A DNA stretch of 64,000 bases from an uncultured bacterium (GCA_902776615.1 CACYQU010000006.1:7757-71756), one strand, 5' to 3'. Shown: positions 32,422 to 42,710, counted from the first letter of the stretch. Numbers and translations are program-made. The notes: generated by a model from the letters alone, not told the origin.

Positions 32422-33825
32422 ATGGAAACGGAAGAAAAACCGACACTCGACCTTGGGGCGATAGATTTCACTCCTGATTGGGCAAAGAGGGACGCTGGTG
32501 TCAGCGTCGGCCATGTTAGACCTGAACGCGAATCATCCGATCGCGGCGATGCCCGCGACGGCGCGCGCAAGCAGTTCGGAGACCGCAAGGTCTTCGACCG
32601 CAGACAGCAGCCGGGCGGCGCTGGACGCAGGCAGTTTCAGCCGGCGGAGCGTCCGAAGCCGCTTGACGCGGAGATCAAGATTCTTCCCGAGACAAAGGCT
32701 CTTGGCACCATAATCCGCAAGCTGCAGCAGGATTTCCACGCCTACAAGCTCAAGGATCTCGCGTATTTCTTCCTGGACAATCCCGGATCGGTACTTCTCA
32801 AGGTAACGCCGCGCGCGGCCGAAGGCGCGGCCGCCCGCGTGTTCCACCAGTGCAAGGCGTGCGGTTTTGCCACGACTGGCGAAGACGAGCTTGTCGAACA
32901 TCTGCTGTCGGCCCACCTTGCGGATTATTACGACGTCAAGGAGGTGGACCGCGAACCGCCCAAGGGCAATTTCAGCTGTGTGGCGAAATGCGGATTGTCG
33001 GGCGTCCTGCTTGGGCCGCCCAACATCCACGAGTTCAACGCGACCGTGCGCGAGATGATCCGCACGCGCTACCCGAACATGACGGAAGATCAGTATCGCG
33101 CCCGCATCGAGATGGTGCGAGACCCTGAGGCGATAGAGGAGTGGCGCAAGAGCGCGGTCAAAAAGACCGTGTTCGTTGCAAAGGGTTCGGGCGAAGGCGC
33201 GGCCGAGCTTACGCGCGAGCAGGCCGAGGCCGAGTTTCGCCGTAACATAATGCCTTCGCTTCTCGATACCCCCAAGAATCTGATGATAACAGCCGAAGCG
33301 GCGCTCAAAAGCCCCGTGAAGCCGCTGGTTTGGGCAGTGAGAGATGCTCTTGAGGCCGAGCGCCGCGCGCCATACAACATGTGTTTTGCGCTACGCGGAG
33401 CGTTCCACCACAGGAAGCTCAAATTCTTCCGCGCGAACGACGCACGCGGCCCGGAGTTCGTGACCAGCGCCGATCTCAAGGAGTTCGACACGGCCCATGC
33501 GATACCCGAACTTGCGAAACTTGCAACATACATCGCCGACCATCCGTGCTCGCCACGCGTCGATCTGGTGACGGACAAGGAGACCGAAAAGCATCTCGTC
33601 TGGCTCGTTTCGACTGGCCATGTCGTCGCGTTCACGAACGGCGTGTATTCGGCGGTCGAGAAGTTCCCCAAGTACGGACCTCAGTGGCAGAAACGCAAGA
33701 GCGCGGCTCCGGTCCCTGCGCCAGCGCCAGAGGAAAGCGCCGCGCCTGTCGATGCGGCGCCCGTTGCACAAGAAGAAGACAAGAAGGAAGAATCCAAAGA
33801 TGAGACTCCCGCTCAGTTGGCTTAA
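32422..33825 (+). CDS. hypothetical protein with basic N-terminus and a C2H2-type zinc-finger-like motif
   Basis: 467 aa with protein-like composition. C144-x2-C147-x12-H160-x4-H165 (HQCKACGFATTGEDELVEHLLSAH). Its 3' end overlaps pheT by 26 nt. Confidence 0.7.
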   Translation: METEEKPTLDLGAIDFTPDWAKRDAGVSVGHVRPERESSDRGDARDGARKQFGDRKVFDRRQQPGGAGRRQFQPAERPKPLDAEIKILPETKALGTIIRKLQQDFHAYKLKDLAYFFLDNPGSVLLKVTPRAAEGAAARVFHQCKACGFATTGEDELVEHLLSAHLADYYDVKEVDREPPKGNFSCVAKCGLSGVLLGPPNIHEFNATVREMIRTRYPNMTEDQYRARIEMVRDPEAIEEWRKSAVKKTVFVAKGSGEGAAELTREQAEAEFRRNIMPSLLDTPKNLMITAEAALKSPVKPLVWAVRDALEAERRAPYNMCFALRGAFHHRKLKFFRANDARGPEFVTSADLKEFDTAHAIPELAKLATYIADHPCSPRVDLVTDKETEKHLVWLVSTGHVVAFTNGVYSAVEKFPKYGPQWQKRKSAAPVPAPAPEESAAPVDAAPVAQEEDKKEESKDETPAQLA

Positions 33826-36259
33826 CGAATATGTAAAGGTGGACGACATCGCGCCTGCGGAACTCGCCGAGAAACTCACTCGCGCCGGGCTTCAGGTGGA
33901 GTCGATAGAGACAGTCGGCGGCGCAAGGCTTTCCGACCTGATCGTCGTCGCCGAGGTCGTGGAATGCGAGGCGCATCCCAATTCCGATCATCTGCATGTG
34001 TGCAAGGTGACGGACGGCAAAGAGACATATCAGGTCGTCTGCGGCGCTCCGAACATGCGTCTCGGCATAAAGACGGCGTTCGCCAAGATCGGCGCAGAGA
34101 TTCCCGACTTTCTGGACAAGAACGGAAATCCGGAGAAAATCAAGAAGGGCAAGCTGCGCGGTGTGGAGAGCTTCGGAATGTGCTGTTCCGAAAAGGAGCT
34201 CCACATAGGCGAGGGCACTAGCGGAATCATTGAGTATCCGGCCGAGACCCCTGTCGGCGCACTGGTGCGCGATGTGGCAAAGCTCGAAAAGCCCGAGGTC
34301 GTTTTCGACATCGAGGTCACGTGGAACCGCCCCGACGCGCTTTCGGTCGTCGGCCTCGCACGCGAGTTTGGTGCGATACTCCATCGGGAGGTGAAGTTGC
34401 CGCCAGTCGACTTTGTCGAGGGCGATGTTGATGTGAACGATGAGGTGAAGGTCGTTGTCGAAGACGCCGCGAAATGCCCTCGGTACACTGCGCGCGTCGT
34501 GACGAGCGTTGAGGATGGCCCTTCGCCGGAGCTGATGGCGAAGCGTCTTGAACTTTGCGGCATGCGTTCTCTCGGGCTTGTCGTGGACGTGACGAATTAT
34601 GTGATGCTCGAGCTAGGCCAGCCGATGCATGCGTTCGATCACACCAAGCTCGCGGGGCGCACGATCGTCGTGCGTTGTGCGAAGGATGGCGAGACGATGA
34701 AGACTCTTGACGGCGTTGAGCGCAAGCTCGACCCGTCGATGCTGATGATTTGCGACGCGGCGCGTCCAAACGCCGTCGCCGGCATAATGGGCGGCGAGGA
34801 GAGTGAAATCGCATCCGGTACACGAACGGTGCTTCTCGAATCGGCTCTCTTCGACACTGCGTCCACAAAGTTCACTGCGACGAAGCTGGGGCTGGCCACC
34901 GAGTCAAGCTACCGCTACATACGCGGCGTCGACAAGGATCTCGCCGATTTCGCAAGCCGTCGCGCAGCGCACCTCCTGCAGAAGTACGGCAAGGCCGTCG
35001 TCGCGAAGGGCTTTGTCGATGCCGATTCGCGCGCAATGCCGCTGAACCCTGACGTGACGCTCGACTTCGAGCGAGCTCGCAGGCTTATCGGCATTCCGAT
35101 CGGCAATGATGTGATGGTGTACATTCTCAAGTCCCTCGGCCTCGTGCCCCGCGAAGAGAACTCCGGTCACTATGCTGGCGTGGGGAAGGTAGCGTTCGGC
35201 ATCCCGAGCTGGCGCTACGATCTTAGCCTCGAGGCCGACCTCGTCGAAGAGGTTGCGCGTCTCTACGGTCTCGACAACATACCCGACACGATGCCTTCCG
35301 CGCCATCGGTATCATCGCTGGACGACCGTCCGTTCCGTGCGAAGGCGCGCGTCAGGGAGGTCGCGACCGCGCTGGGATTTTCCGAGGCGATGCATTATTC
35401 CTTCCTTTCGGCGAAGGAATTGGACGACTTCGACGCGCGTGGAGCGTCCGCCAGGCTCGTCATACCCGATCCGGTCTCGGCGGAATATGGCGTCATGCGC
35501 GATTCCCTGCTGCCGCAGATGATGGGGTCTCTCGGGCGCAATGCGTCCCACCAGCTTGATACGGCGCTTCTTTTCGAGATTGGAAAGGTGTTTTCCCTCA
35601 AGGACGGCAAACCAGCCGAGGCAGAGCGACTATCGCTTGGATTCGTCGGCCCGGTCGGACGCGAGGCCCTGCGCACGCGCGCGGCCGTCTCGGAAGAGGA
35701 GGCGGTTCTTTGGATGAAGGGTGCGGTTGTGGAACTTATCGCCAAGCTGCATGCGGGACATCTCGAGTTCGCCGCGGCGGAGCACCCGGCCTTCGCGCCG
35801 GGCGCGTCTCTTGCCGTAAAGCTCAACGGGCGGCAGATCGGCGTTCTCGGTGCGCTTTCGGCCAAACTTCGCCATCCCTACAGGCTCACTACCCAGATGG
35901 CGCTTTGCGAGCTCGACCTCGCGCCGCTTCTCAAGCGCGTCGATGAACTTGGCAAGGTTTCGGCCGTGCCGCAGTTCCCGCTCGTGAGGCGCGATGTAGC
36001 GCTTGTCGCGGCAAGGGAGGTGACAAACGAGGCCATCGAGCGCGTCATCAGGAAGTGCGCCGGCAAGGAACTTGCGCGCATTGCGCTTTTCGACATATTT
36101 AGATCAAAGGACCTTAAAGACGGACGGCGCTCGCTTGCGTATTCGCTCGAGTTCCGCTCTTCCGAGAGGACCCTTACGGACGACGAGGTCGGAAAGACCT
36201 TCTCGCGAATCGTCGAATCCCTCAAGGCGACCGCGGGAATCGAAGTGAGGGAAAGCTAA
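33800..36259 (+). CDS. pheT: phenylalanine--tRNA ligase beta subunit
   Basis: Start at MRLPLSWLNEYVKVDDIAPAELAEKLTRAGLQVE, the canonical PheT N-terminus. tRNA-binding, B3/4, B5 and FDX-ACB-like C-terminal order; ~819 aa. Confidence 0.9.
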   Translation: MRLPLSWLNEYVKVDDIAPAELAEKLTRAGLQVESIETVGGARLSDLIVVAEVVECEAHPNSDHLHVCKVTDGKETYQVVCGAPNMRLGIKTAFAKIGAEIPDFLDKNGNPEKIKKGKLRGVESFGMCCSEKELHIGEGTSGIIEYPAETPVGALVRDVAKLEKPEVVFDIEVTWNRPDALSVVGLAREFGAILHREVKLPPVDFVEGDVDVNDEVKVVVEDAAKCPRYTARVVTSVEDGPSPELMAKRLELCGMRSLGLVVDVTNYVMLELGQPMHAFDHTKLAGRTIVVRCAKDGETMKTLDGVERKLDPSMLMICDAARPNAVAGIMGGEESEIASGTRTVLLESALFDTASTKFTATKLGLATESSYRYIRGVDKDLADFASRRAAHLLQKYGKAVVAKGFVDADSRAMPLNPDVTLDFERARRLIGIPIGNDVMVYILKSLGLVPREENSGHYAGVGKVAFGIPSWRYDLSLEADLVEEVARLYGLDNIPDTMPSAPSVSSLDDRPFRAKARVREVATALGFSEAMHYSFLSAKELDDFDARGASARLVIPDPVSAEYGVMRDSLLPQMMGSLGRNASHQLDTALLFEIGKVFSLKDGKPAEAERLSLGFVGPVGREALRTRAAVSEEEAVLWMKGAVVELIAKLHAGHLEFAAAEHPAFAPGASLAVKLNGRQIGVLGALSAKLRHPYRLTTQMALCELDLAPLLKRVDELGKVSAVPQFPLVRRDVALVAAREVTNEAIERVIRKCAGKELARIALFDIFRSKDLKDGRRSLAYSLEFRSSERTLTDDEVGKTFSRIVESLKATAGIEVRES

Positions 36260-36428
36260 GCTTTTTTCGGACGTGGGTCCTGTGTTGCACGCGGATTCAG
36301 CAGACATTTCTTCGACCGACATTTTGAAAAGGGGCTTCGGCCTTATGTTTGGAACGACGGGTTCCGGGGATTCTGTGCTACGGCAATGCGGGACTTCTTT
36401 TGACCTGGCATGAAAGGAGGAGTACAAC

Positions 36429-37274
36429 ATGAAAGCTAAGATTGTGCTGGCGATTGCGGCGGCGCTTGCCGTGCCGTTTGCCGAAGCGTCGTTCCAGCCG
36501 AATCCCAAGGGAGCGGTCAAGGCGCTGAAAGTGACGCGCGGCAAGCCTTTTAAAACCGGGTTGGTCTTCATCGACGGAAAGTACATTCCGCCGCCGTACA
36601 CCATTGAGCGATACGGTCTCGTGCTGCGGGTGAACAAGATACAGGCCACAAATCCGGTCATCCCCTGGGAGGAGTTCATAAAGACGCAAGAGGGCGTTAC
36701 CGTGTCGAAGACCACTACCGGCGGAACCTCAGATGCCGCAACCGATGCGCCCGAACCGGAGCCGGAACCCGAAATCCTTTCGGACGACGACGATCCGCTT
36801 GCCGATTTGTTCGACGACGAGCCGTCTTCCAAAAAGTCCTCCCCCAAGAAACCGGCGTACAAGCCGCGTCCGCGCAAACCGACGGTCGTCACGACCTATT
36901 CGTTCGACGGCGAGTTCGTGCCGAATGATACCACAAAGGCGCTTTTGGCGAAAATCAACCAGTCTCGCACTGAAGTGGACGCACTTTTGCGTCAGGGCGG
37001 CTTCGTGTGCTTCGGAGCCGACTACTCGCGTGTGACCGGTGACTCTGGAACATCGAAGATGCTGCTCATGAAGCTGCCCGATATGATGAAGACGTGCCAA
37101 AGCGCCGCCGCCCTCAGGCAGGCCATTCGCGCCAACGGCTTCACTTTCATTCCAGACGAGCTGTGCCGCGACCTCTACCAGAACCGCGTAGACTACATAA
37201 AGCTGTTTGAGAGGCAGAAGGCGGCAAAGGAAGAGGCCGAGATGAACGCATTGTATGGCGGACGCGGCTATTGA
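36429..37274 (+). CDS. hypothetical secreted protein with acidic/Pro-rich central linker
   Basis: GGAGGAG RBS; signal peptide MKAKIVLAIAAALAVPFAEA; no family recognised. Confidence 0.6.
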   Translation: MKAKIVLAIAAALAVPFAEASFQPNPKGAVKALKVTRGKPFKTGLVFIDGKYIPPPYTIERYGLVLRVNKIQATNPVIPWEEFIKTQEGVTVSKTTTGGTSDAATDAPEPEPEPEILSDDDDPLADLFDDEPSSKKSSPKKPAYKPRPRKPTVVTTYSFDGEFVPNDTTKALLAKINQSRTEVDALLRQGGFVCFGADYSRVTGDSGTSKMLLMKLPDMMKTCQSAAALRQAIRANGFTFIPDELCRDLYQNRVDYIKLFERQKAAKEEAEMNALYGGRGY

Positions 37275-37311
37275 CATGCACCATTTGACACAAGAAGGGA
37301 ACAAGAAAAAC

Positions 37312-38898
37312 ATGAGACCAGTCGTATTCATAATCCGTGACGGATGGGGTGTCAACCCCCGCGCGGACGGAAACTCAGTGTACGGCGCGAAGACGCCGGT
37401 TATCGACCAGATCAGGGCGCGTTATCCGCACTGCCTGCTGGACTGCTGCGGAGAAGCCGTCGGCCTGCCTGACGGCTATCAGGGCAGTTCCGAGGTCGGC
37501 CACCTCAACATGGGCGCGGGCCGCATCGTCGTCCAGGAGCTCAAGCGCATAGACGACGGCCTTTCGTCCGGCGAACTGTTCAAGAGCCCCAAGTGGCAGA
37601 ACCTAGTCGCCGAATGGAAGAAGAACAACTCCACCTTCCATTTCTTCGGGCTTTTGCAGGATGAGGGCGTTCATGCCCATCAGGAGCATCTCTTCAAGCT
37701 GATGAAGCGTGCGCGCGCCGAATTCCCGGAAGGGAAGATTGTCGTGCACCCGTTCCTTGATGGACGCGACACGCCGCCTCGCTCGACGCTCGAATACATC
37801 GCACGCCTCAAGACCGAGCTTGCATCTGTCGGCAATGCGACGATAGGTACGGCTATGGGCCGCTATTACGGAATGGACCGCGTCAAGAACTGGAAGCTCA
37901 CGAGCGAGGCGTATGAGTGCATCGTGGCCGCAAAAGGCAAGAAGTCCGCAACTGTCGAAGAGGCGGTCAAGGCCGAATACGAAAGCGGCAAGACGCCCGA
38001 CGGCACGCCGATGACGGACGAATACATCCCGTGCTACATAATCGGCGACTATTCCGGCATGAAGGATGGCGATGTGGTGATGCACACCAACTACCGCCAG
38101 GATCGCGCCATACAGCTGACGCAGGCGTTCGTGTGCGAAGACTATCCCGGCGAGCGGTCGGTGCGCCCGAAGGTGACATACCTCGGCTTCACGCGCTACT
38201 GGGACGAGTTCGCCGACTACCTGCTCGGCGCGATGGGGGCTGGCGGAGGCATGGACAACCTTCTTGGCGAAGTCGTTTCGAAAGCCGGCATCAAGCAGTT
38301 GCGCCTTGCGGAGACGCAGAAGTTTCGCCATGTCACAAGTTTCTTCAACGGCAAGTCCACGACGCCGAGCGAAGGGGAGGACCAAGTCGAGGTAAAAAGC
38401 CGCTTCGACCCTGCCACATTCGCGAGCCACCCCGAGATGGACGCATACAATGTCACCGACGAACTGCTGAAGCGCCTCGAGAACAACCCCTACGGCTTCA
38501 TAGTCGTAAACTATGCGAATTGCGATATGGTCGGCCACACCGGCGACCTGGCGGCGGCCACAAAGGCCGTGGAGGTCACCGACGAGTGCATCGGCAAGAT
38601 TCTTCCGCGACTTCTCGAACTTGATGCGCACGTGCTCATCTTCGCCGACCACGGTAACGCCGAGCAGATGGTGGACTACAAGTCTGGCCTGACGAAGACT
38701 TCGCACACGCTCAACCTTGTGGACTGCTTCTATGTGGCGAACGATGCGCCTGGCGTGAGGCTTACACCTCTTGCGAAGCTCTCCGCCGTGGCTCCCACCG
38801 CGCTGCAGATGCTCGGCATCCCGGTTCCGCCGGAGATGACAACGCCGTCGCTGCTCGCCGGCAAGGAGCCGTGGAGCAAGACGTCGCTCAACATCTGA
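37312..38898 (+). CDS. gpmI: 2,3-bisphosphoglycerate-independent phosphoglycerate mutase
   Basis: Start at MRPVVFIIRDGWG; GLPDGYQGSSEVGHLNMGAGR, NYANCDMVGHTGD and ADHGNAE motifs. Confidence 0.9.
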   Translation: MRPVVFIIRDGWGVNPRADGNSVYGAKTPVIDQIRARYPHCLLDCCGEAVGLPDGYQGSSEVGHLNMGAGRIVVQELKRIDDGLSSGELFKSPKWQNLVAEWKKNNSTFHFFGLLQDEGVHAHQEHLFKLMKRARAEFPEGKIVVHPFLDGRDTPPRSTLEYIARLKTELASVGNATIGTAMGRYYGMDRVKNWKLTSEAYECIVAAKGKKSATVEEAVKAEYESGKTPDGTPMTDEYIPCYIIGDYSGMKDGDVVMHTNYRQDRAIQLTQAFVCEDYPGERSVRPKVTYLGFTRYWDEFADYLLGAMGAGGGMDNLLGEVVSKAGIKQLRLAETQKFRHVTSFFNGKSTTPSEGEDQVEVKSRFDPATFASHPEMDAYNVTDELLKRLENNPYGFIVVNYANCDMVGHTGDLAAATKAVEVTDECIGKILPRLLELDAHVLIFADHGNAEQMVDYKSGLTKTSHTLNLVDCFYVANDAPGVRLTPLAKLSAVAPTALQMLGIPVPPEMTTPSLLAGKEPWSKTSLNI

Positions 38899-38904
38899 CG
38901 TAAT

Positions 38905-39975
38905 GTGGTCTGGAGGCTTTTAGCGACGATAACAGTGTCGGCTTTGCTGCCGACGCTGTCGTTCGCCATAGACGCCTCCGATCGCTACCGCAGCCCGCGC
39001 AATCCAGAGCGCCGCATAAGAAGCTCTACCGAGCTTATCGTGCTTCATACGACCGAAGCCGCCGAGCGCGGTTCTCTTGTCAAGCTGTGCGATCGCGGCG
39101 AGGCGCATTACTGCGTTACCGAGGCAGGAACCGTTTACAGGATCGTCGACCGCGATAGAGAGGCGTTCCATGCTGGGCGTTCGATGTGGAACGGCAAGGA
39201 GGATGTCGACAAGTTCTCCATCGGCATAGAGTGTGTCGGTCATCACGACAAGGCAATGCCCGAAGTTCAGATTGCCGCGATAAAGACTCTTGTCAAGGAA
39301 CTCCAGTCCATGTACAGGCTGTCCGACGACAAAGTAGTGTGCCACAGCCATGTCGCCTATGGAGCGCCAAACAAATGGCACAAGACGAAACACCGCGGCA
39401 GAAAAAGATGCGGCATGCTTTTTGCCATGCCGAGCGTCCGCGCCCGGCTCGGGCTTGCGAAGAGGCCTGCGTATGATGCAGACGTTAGGGCGAAACGGCT
39501 CGTCGTTGGCGACGACTATCTGCGTAAGGTTCTTTATGGCAGCGTCGATACCATGCGTTCTGCGTATGCCAAACCACCCGCAGCGCCGCAGACGAGTGGT
39601 TTGTTCAGCTGGTTCCGCCGTAAGAACACCCCTGCGGCGCCGGCGCAAAAGCCCACTCCTGCTGCGCAAAAGCCCGCGCCTGCTGCGCCAAAACCAAAGC
39701 CCGCGCCTGTCGCGAAAAAGACCTCTGTGGCGCCGAAGCCAAAACCTGCGCCGAAGATTTCCGCTGCAAAAGAGCCAAGTTCGGTGAAGGAACTTGTCGC
39801 GCGCGGGTATGTTTTGAAGGGGACTGTGGCAAAAGACGTAACAGCTTCCAAGATCGCGGGAGCGAAATGGAATTCTCCTGACACATACTACACCATTCGC
39901 AATAAGGTGATTCCAGGAAACAGGATTGACCAGGCGCACATAGAGAAGGGCATGTGCATCTGGATGAAGAAATAA
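38905..39975 (+). CDS. N-acetylmuramoyl-L-alanine amidase (Amidase_2/PGRP fold) with Pro/Ala/Lys linker and C-terminal domain
   Basis: LIVLHTTEA....HYCV...G.VYRIV....AFHAG.S.WNG.....FSIGIE.VGH and VCHSHVAYG motifs; GTG start; signal-like N-terminus. Confidence 0.8.
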   Translation: MVWRLLATITVSALLPTLSFAIDASDRYRSPRNPERRIRSSTELIVLHTTEAAERGSLVKLCDRGEAHYCVTEAGTVYRIVDRDREAFHAGRSMWNGKEDVDKFSIGIECVGHHDKAMPEVQIAAIKTLVKELQSMYRLSDDKVVCHSHVAYGAPNKWHKTKHRGRKRCGMLFAMPSVRARLGLAKRPAYDADVRAKRLVVGDDYLRKVLYGSVDTMRSAYAKPPAAPQTSGLFSWFRRKNTPAAPAQKPTPAAQKPAPAAPKPKPAPVAKKTSVAPKPKPAPKISAAKEPSSVKELVARGYVLKGTVAKDVTASKIAGAKWNSPDTYYTIRNKVIPGNRIDQAHIEKGMCIWMKK

Positions 39976-40006
39976 GGAAAAATGCGTTGCTTTGGTTTCG
40001 TTGCCT

Positions 40007-40627
40007 CTAGTTTTTCAGCAGCTCGCGGTGTATGGCGATTGCGACTGCTTCGGCACGGTTCGCCGCGCCGAGTTTTTCGTATATCTCGTTCAGGTGCTGC
40101 TTGATGCGCGTCTTGGAAAGCCCCAGTTGCCGCGCTATGTCGTCGTTGGAAAGTCCGCGCGTTATCGATTTCAGCACTTCCATCTGGCGAGGCGTGAAAT
40201 CCGGAATCCCGGCTGTGTCGTCAAGCGCCTGGCGTATTTCTGGCGAGAAGTGTGGCATTCCTTCGGCCGTATCGTGTATGGCGGCGACAAGTTCTGCGTT
40301 GGCGATGTTCTTTGTCACCGCGCCTGTCGCGCCGGCCGACACCGCGCGCGAAAGTTCCCTCGATGTCCCGAATGTCGTCAGTATCAGTATCTTCGCGTCA
40401 GGCATTACTTTGCGGATTGCAGCTGTCGCCTCCGCGCCATCCAGATCTGGCATCATGAGATCCATCACGATCACATCCGGCTTGAGACGCAGCGCCGCAT
40501 CTACTGCTTCAGCGCCGCTTTCCGCCGTGCCGCATACGGCCAGGTCTTTTTCCAGATCGAGTATCGCCGCAAGTCCCATCCTCACGATGGAATGATCGTC
40601 GACAATCATCACGCGAATCTTCTTCAT
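40007..40627 (-). CDS. NarL/FixJ-family response regulator (REC + LuxR-type HTH)
   Basis: IRVMIVDDHSIVR...DVIVMDLMMPDLDG..A receiver domain; LTPRQMEVLKSITRGLSNDDIARQLGLSKTRIKQHLNEIYEKLG HTH. Confidence 0.9.
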   Translation of the reverse strand: MKKIRVMIVDDHSIVRMGLAAILDLEKDLAVCGTAESGAEAVDAALRLKPDVIVMDLMMPDLDGAEATAAIRKVMPDAKILILTTFGTSRELSRAVSAGATGAVTKNIANAELVAAIHDTAEGMPHFSPEIRQALDDTAGIPDFTPRQMEVLKSITRGLSNDDIARQLGLSKTRIKQHLNEIYEKLGAANRAEAVAIAIHRELLKN

Positions 40628-42672
40628 AGCGGAATCTCCACAGTCGCGGCGGCGCCGCCGCCTATTTTGCTCTCCAGCTTCAGCGTCCCGTGCAGGCGAC
40701 GCGTCCGCTCCTTTATGCCCTGTAGGCCGAAATGCCCTTGCGACGGGCCTGGACGGCTCTCAACGTCGAATCCGCGTCCGTCGTCCCTGACCACAAAGCG
40801 CAGAAAGCCGTTCTTCAACTCGCCCGCTATGCGTACATTGCGCGCGTTGCCGTGCTTGACCGCGTTCACGCACAGCTCGCGTATGATCGAAAGCACATTG
40901 TGCGCGATGATGTCGGGAATGTGGTGTCGGCTCACGTGAAAGCGTATCGCCACTCCCGCGTCTTGCATGTGTGGACGCACCGTTTTCTCGATCGCGTCCT
41001 GAAGGTCCGGTTCGGCCAGAGTTTCGCTTCTTAGGTCCCGGAGGCAGCGGCGCAACTCTTCCCGGCACGAAAGAAGCGCCTTTTGCGCAGCCGCGATATA
41101 TCCCGCCGCCGCAGTCGCTTCATGCGGCAAAGTACGCTCTGCCGCGTCAATCTGGAACGATACGCCCGTGAGCGTCTGGGCGATTGAATCGTGCAGCTCG
41201 ACGGCGAGTCGCGTGCGTTCCTCGACTCGCAGATCGGCGGCTGCCGACTTCAGTTTCGTCTTGTACAGCTGTCTTCCGCGGCGTTCGACGAGGCGGCGTA
41301 GCGTGTGGTTCCACACAGCCGCAAGCGCAAGAGCCGCCGCGAGCACAAGCACAATCGCGAGCATTCGCCCTACCGTCCACCAAGGTGGGCCGGAGACGAT
41401 GTGCAGATCCGCCGGCGTTCGCGGCACGATGGTGAATCCTGCCGTGCGGGGGAATCCGCGTGAAACATCCGGGCTCGTATTGCGAACGCACGTGCCTGCA
41501 ACTTCCACAAAACTGCCTGGACCGACCGTATCCACATTCGGCGCGATTGCGCCGTAGTCGACGCGTATCAAGTGACCGCCATACTGCATTTCGAACACGT
41601 GCGCGTCCCTGTCCTCTCCGGCGACGCGTCCGCGTATGCACACGGCTCCTCCGCGTGCGCAGATGTCGCGCAAGACAACCTCCATGGCGAACCGTTCCGG
41701 CAGCGGACGCGGCGGATCGTCCGCGAGACGGCTTCCCGGCACGCGGCGGCATATTGCTTTGGCGAGGCTGATGATGAAGAGGTCCGTCACCGGGAATCCC
41801 GCCGCGGCGACGCTTTCGCCGAACTCCATATCGGCGGGCATCCTTAGCTCTGCGCCCACTATCTGCCCGTCGGCCGTCTTCAGCAGCAAGCGCCGAGCGT
41901 CGTCGTACACGGCGATGACATTCCCGACGACGCTTCTCATGCCCATTCGCGAAAGCGCCGACACCGACTTGTAACGCAATCCCTCGAGCGTCTTCTGCGG
42001 ATAGGACGGTATTCGCGGGGCGTCCAGCGGGTCTTCAACAGGCGGCGTTTCCACGATGATGTCATCGACGCTCGCTACCGTGAGCTGAGGCGTCTGGAAC
42101 TTTCTCTTGCCGCCGTCAGGCAGTACGGCCGCAATGCCCTTCGCCGCGACTGACGCACCGAGCAGACGACCGAGCGCCTCGTCGTCGTCCGAACAGACCG
42201 CCGCAAAAAACGGCGTCGAGTCTGTGCGCATGAGGAGGAATCGCCAGGCTGGGTCGATTTCATCGTGGACCACATCAGTCACGATGCCTCGCATGAGGAC
42301 GGTGCGTCCGTCAAAGGATTCGTCGCAGAGCTGTTCGGGGGAAGCCGGTACGGGCGAGGGGACTTCGCCGCGTCCGAGGTGCACCGCGCTTTCCATGAAC
42401 GCGCGCCGCCAGTCGAAGCCGTCCGCGCCGATATGCCCTTGCGCGACAATTCTGTCGCCGGACGCGACATCGAGGGAATTTGTCGCGCGCATGTATCCGT
42501 AGTCTGTGTCGTCCGCGACCCAATAGGAAGTGTGGCGCGCATCCGAGCGAATCACCGCAGTGACGGTGCATGTCACGGAAAAATATTCGCCGTCGTTCGC
42601 CTCACTCCACACGGCCTGTCGGAGCGCGGCGACATTTGCGATCGAAGCGAACAATATTGCTGCTGAAGTCAT
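40624..42672 (-). CDS. sensor histidine kinase (HisKA_3/NarX-DesK type) with ~440-aa N-terminal extracytoplasmic region
   Basis: TM helix WWTVGRMLAIVLVLAAALALAAVW; H-box RLAVELHDSIAQTLTG; HATPase_c (ELCVNAVKHGNA ... DDGRGF ... GLQGIKER); 4-nt overlap with the regulator gene. Confidence 0.85.
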   Translation of the reverse strand: MTSAAILFASIANVAALRQAVWSEANDGEYFSVTCTVTAVIRSDARHTSYWVADDTDYGYMRATNSLDVASGDRIVAQGHIGADGFDWRRAFMESAVHLGRGEVPSPVPASPEQLCDESFDGRTVLMRGIVTDVVHDEIDPAWRFLLMRTDSTPFFAAVCSDDDEALGRLLGASVAAKGIAAVLPDGGKRKFQTPQLTVASVDDIIVETPPVEDPLDAPRIPSYPQKTLEGLRYKSVSALSRMGMRSVVGNVIAVYDDARRLLLKTADGQIVGAELRMPADMEFGESVAAAGFPVTDLFIISLAKAICRRVPGSRLADDPPRPLPERFAMEVVLRDICARGGAVCIRGRVAGEDRDAHVFEMQYGGHLIRVDYGAIAPNVDTVGPGSFVEVAGTCVRNTSPDVSRGFPRTAGFTIVPRTPADLHIVSGPPWWTVGRMLAIVLVLAAALALAAVWNHTLRRLVERRGRQLYKTKLKSAAADLRVEERTRLAVELHDSIAQTLTGVSFQIDAAERTLPHEATAAAGYIAAAQKALLSCREELRRCLRDLRSETLAEPDLQDAIEKTVRPHMQDAGVAIRFHVSRHHIPDIIAHNVLSIIRELCVNAVKHGNARNVRIAGELKNGFLRFVVRDDGRGFDVESRPGPSQGHFGLQGIKERTRRLHGTLKLESKIGGGAAATVEIPL

Positions 42673-42710
42673 GACAGTGATATTTTACCACAAAACTCCG
42701 CCGCCGTGAC

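Noticed and set aside
39992-40939. 315-aa plus-strand ORF
   Set aside because: It is antisense to the response-regulator gene and the kinase 3' end and has Arg/Cys-rich composition.
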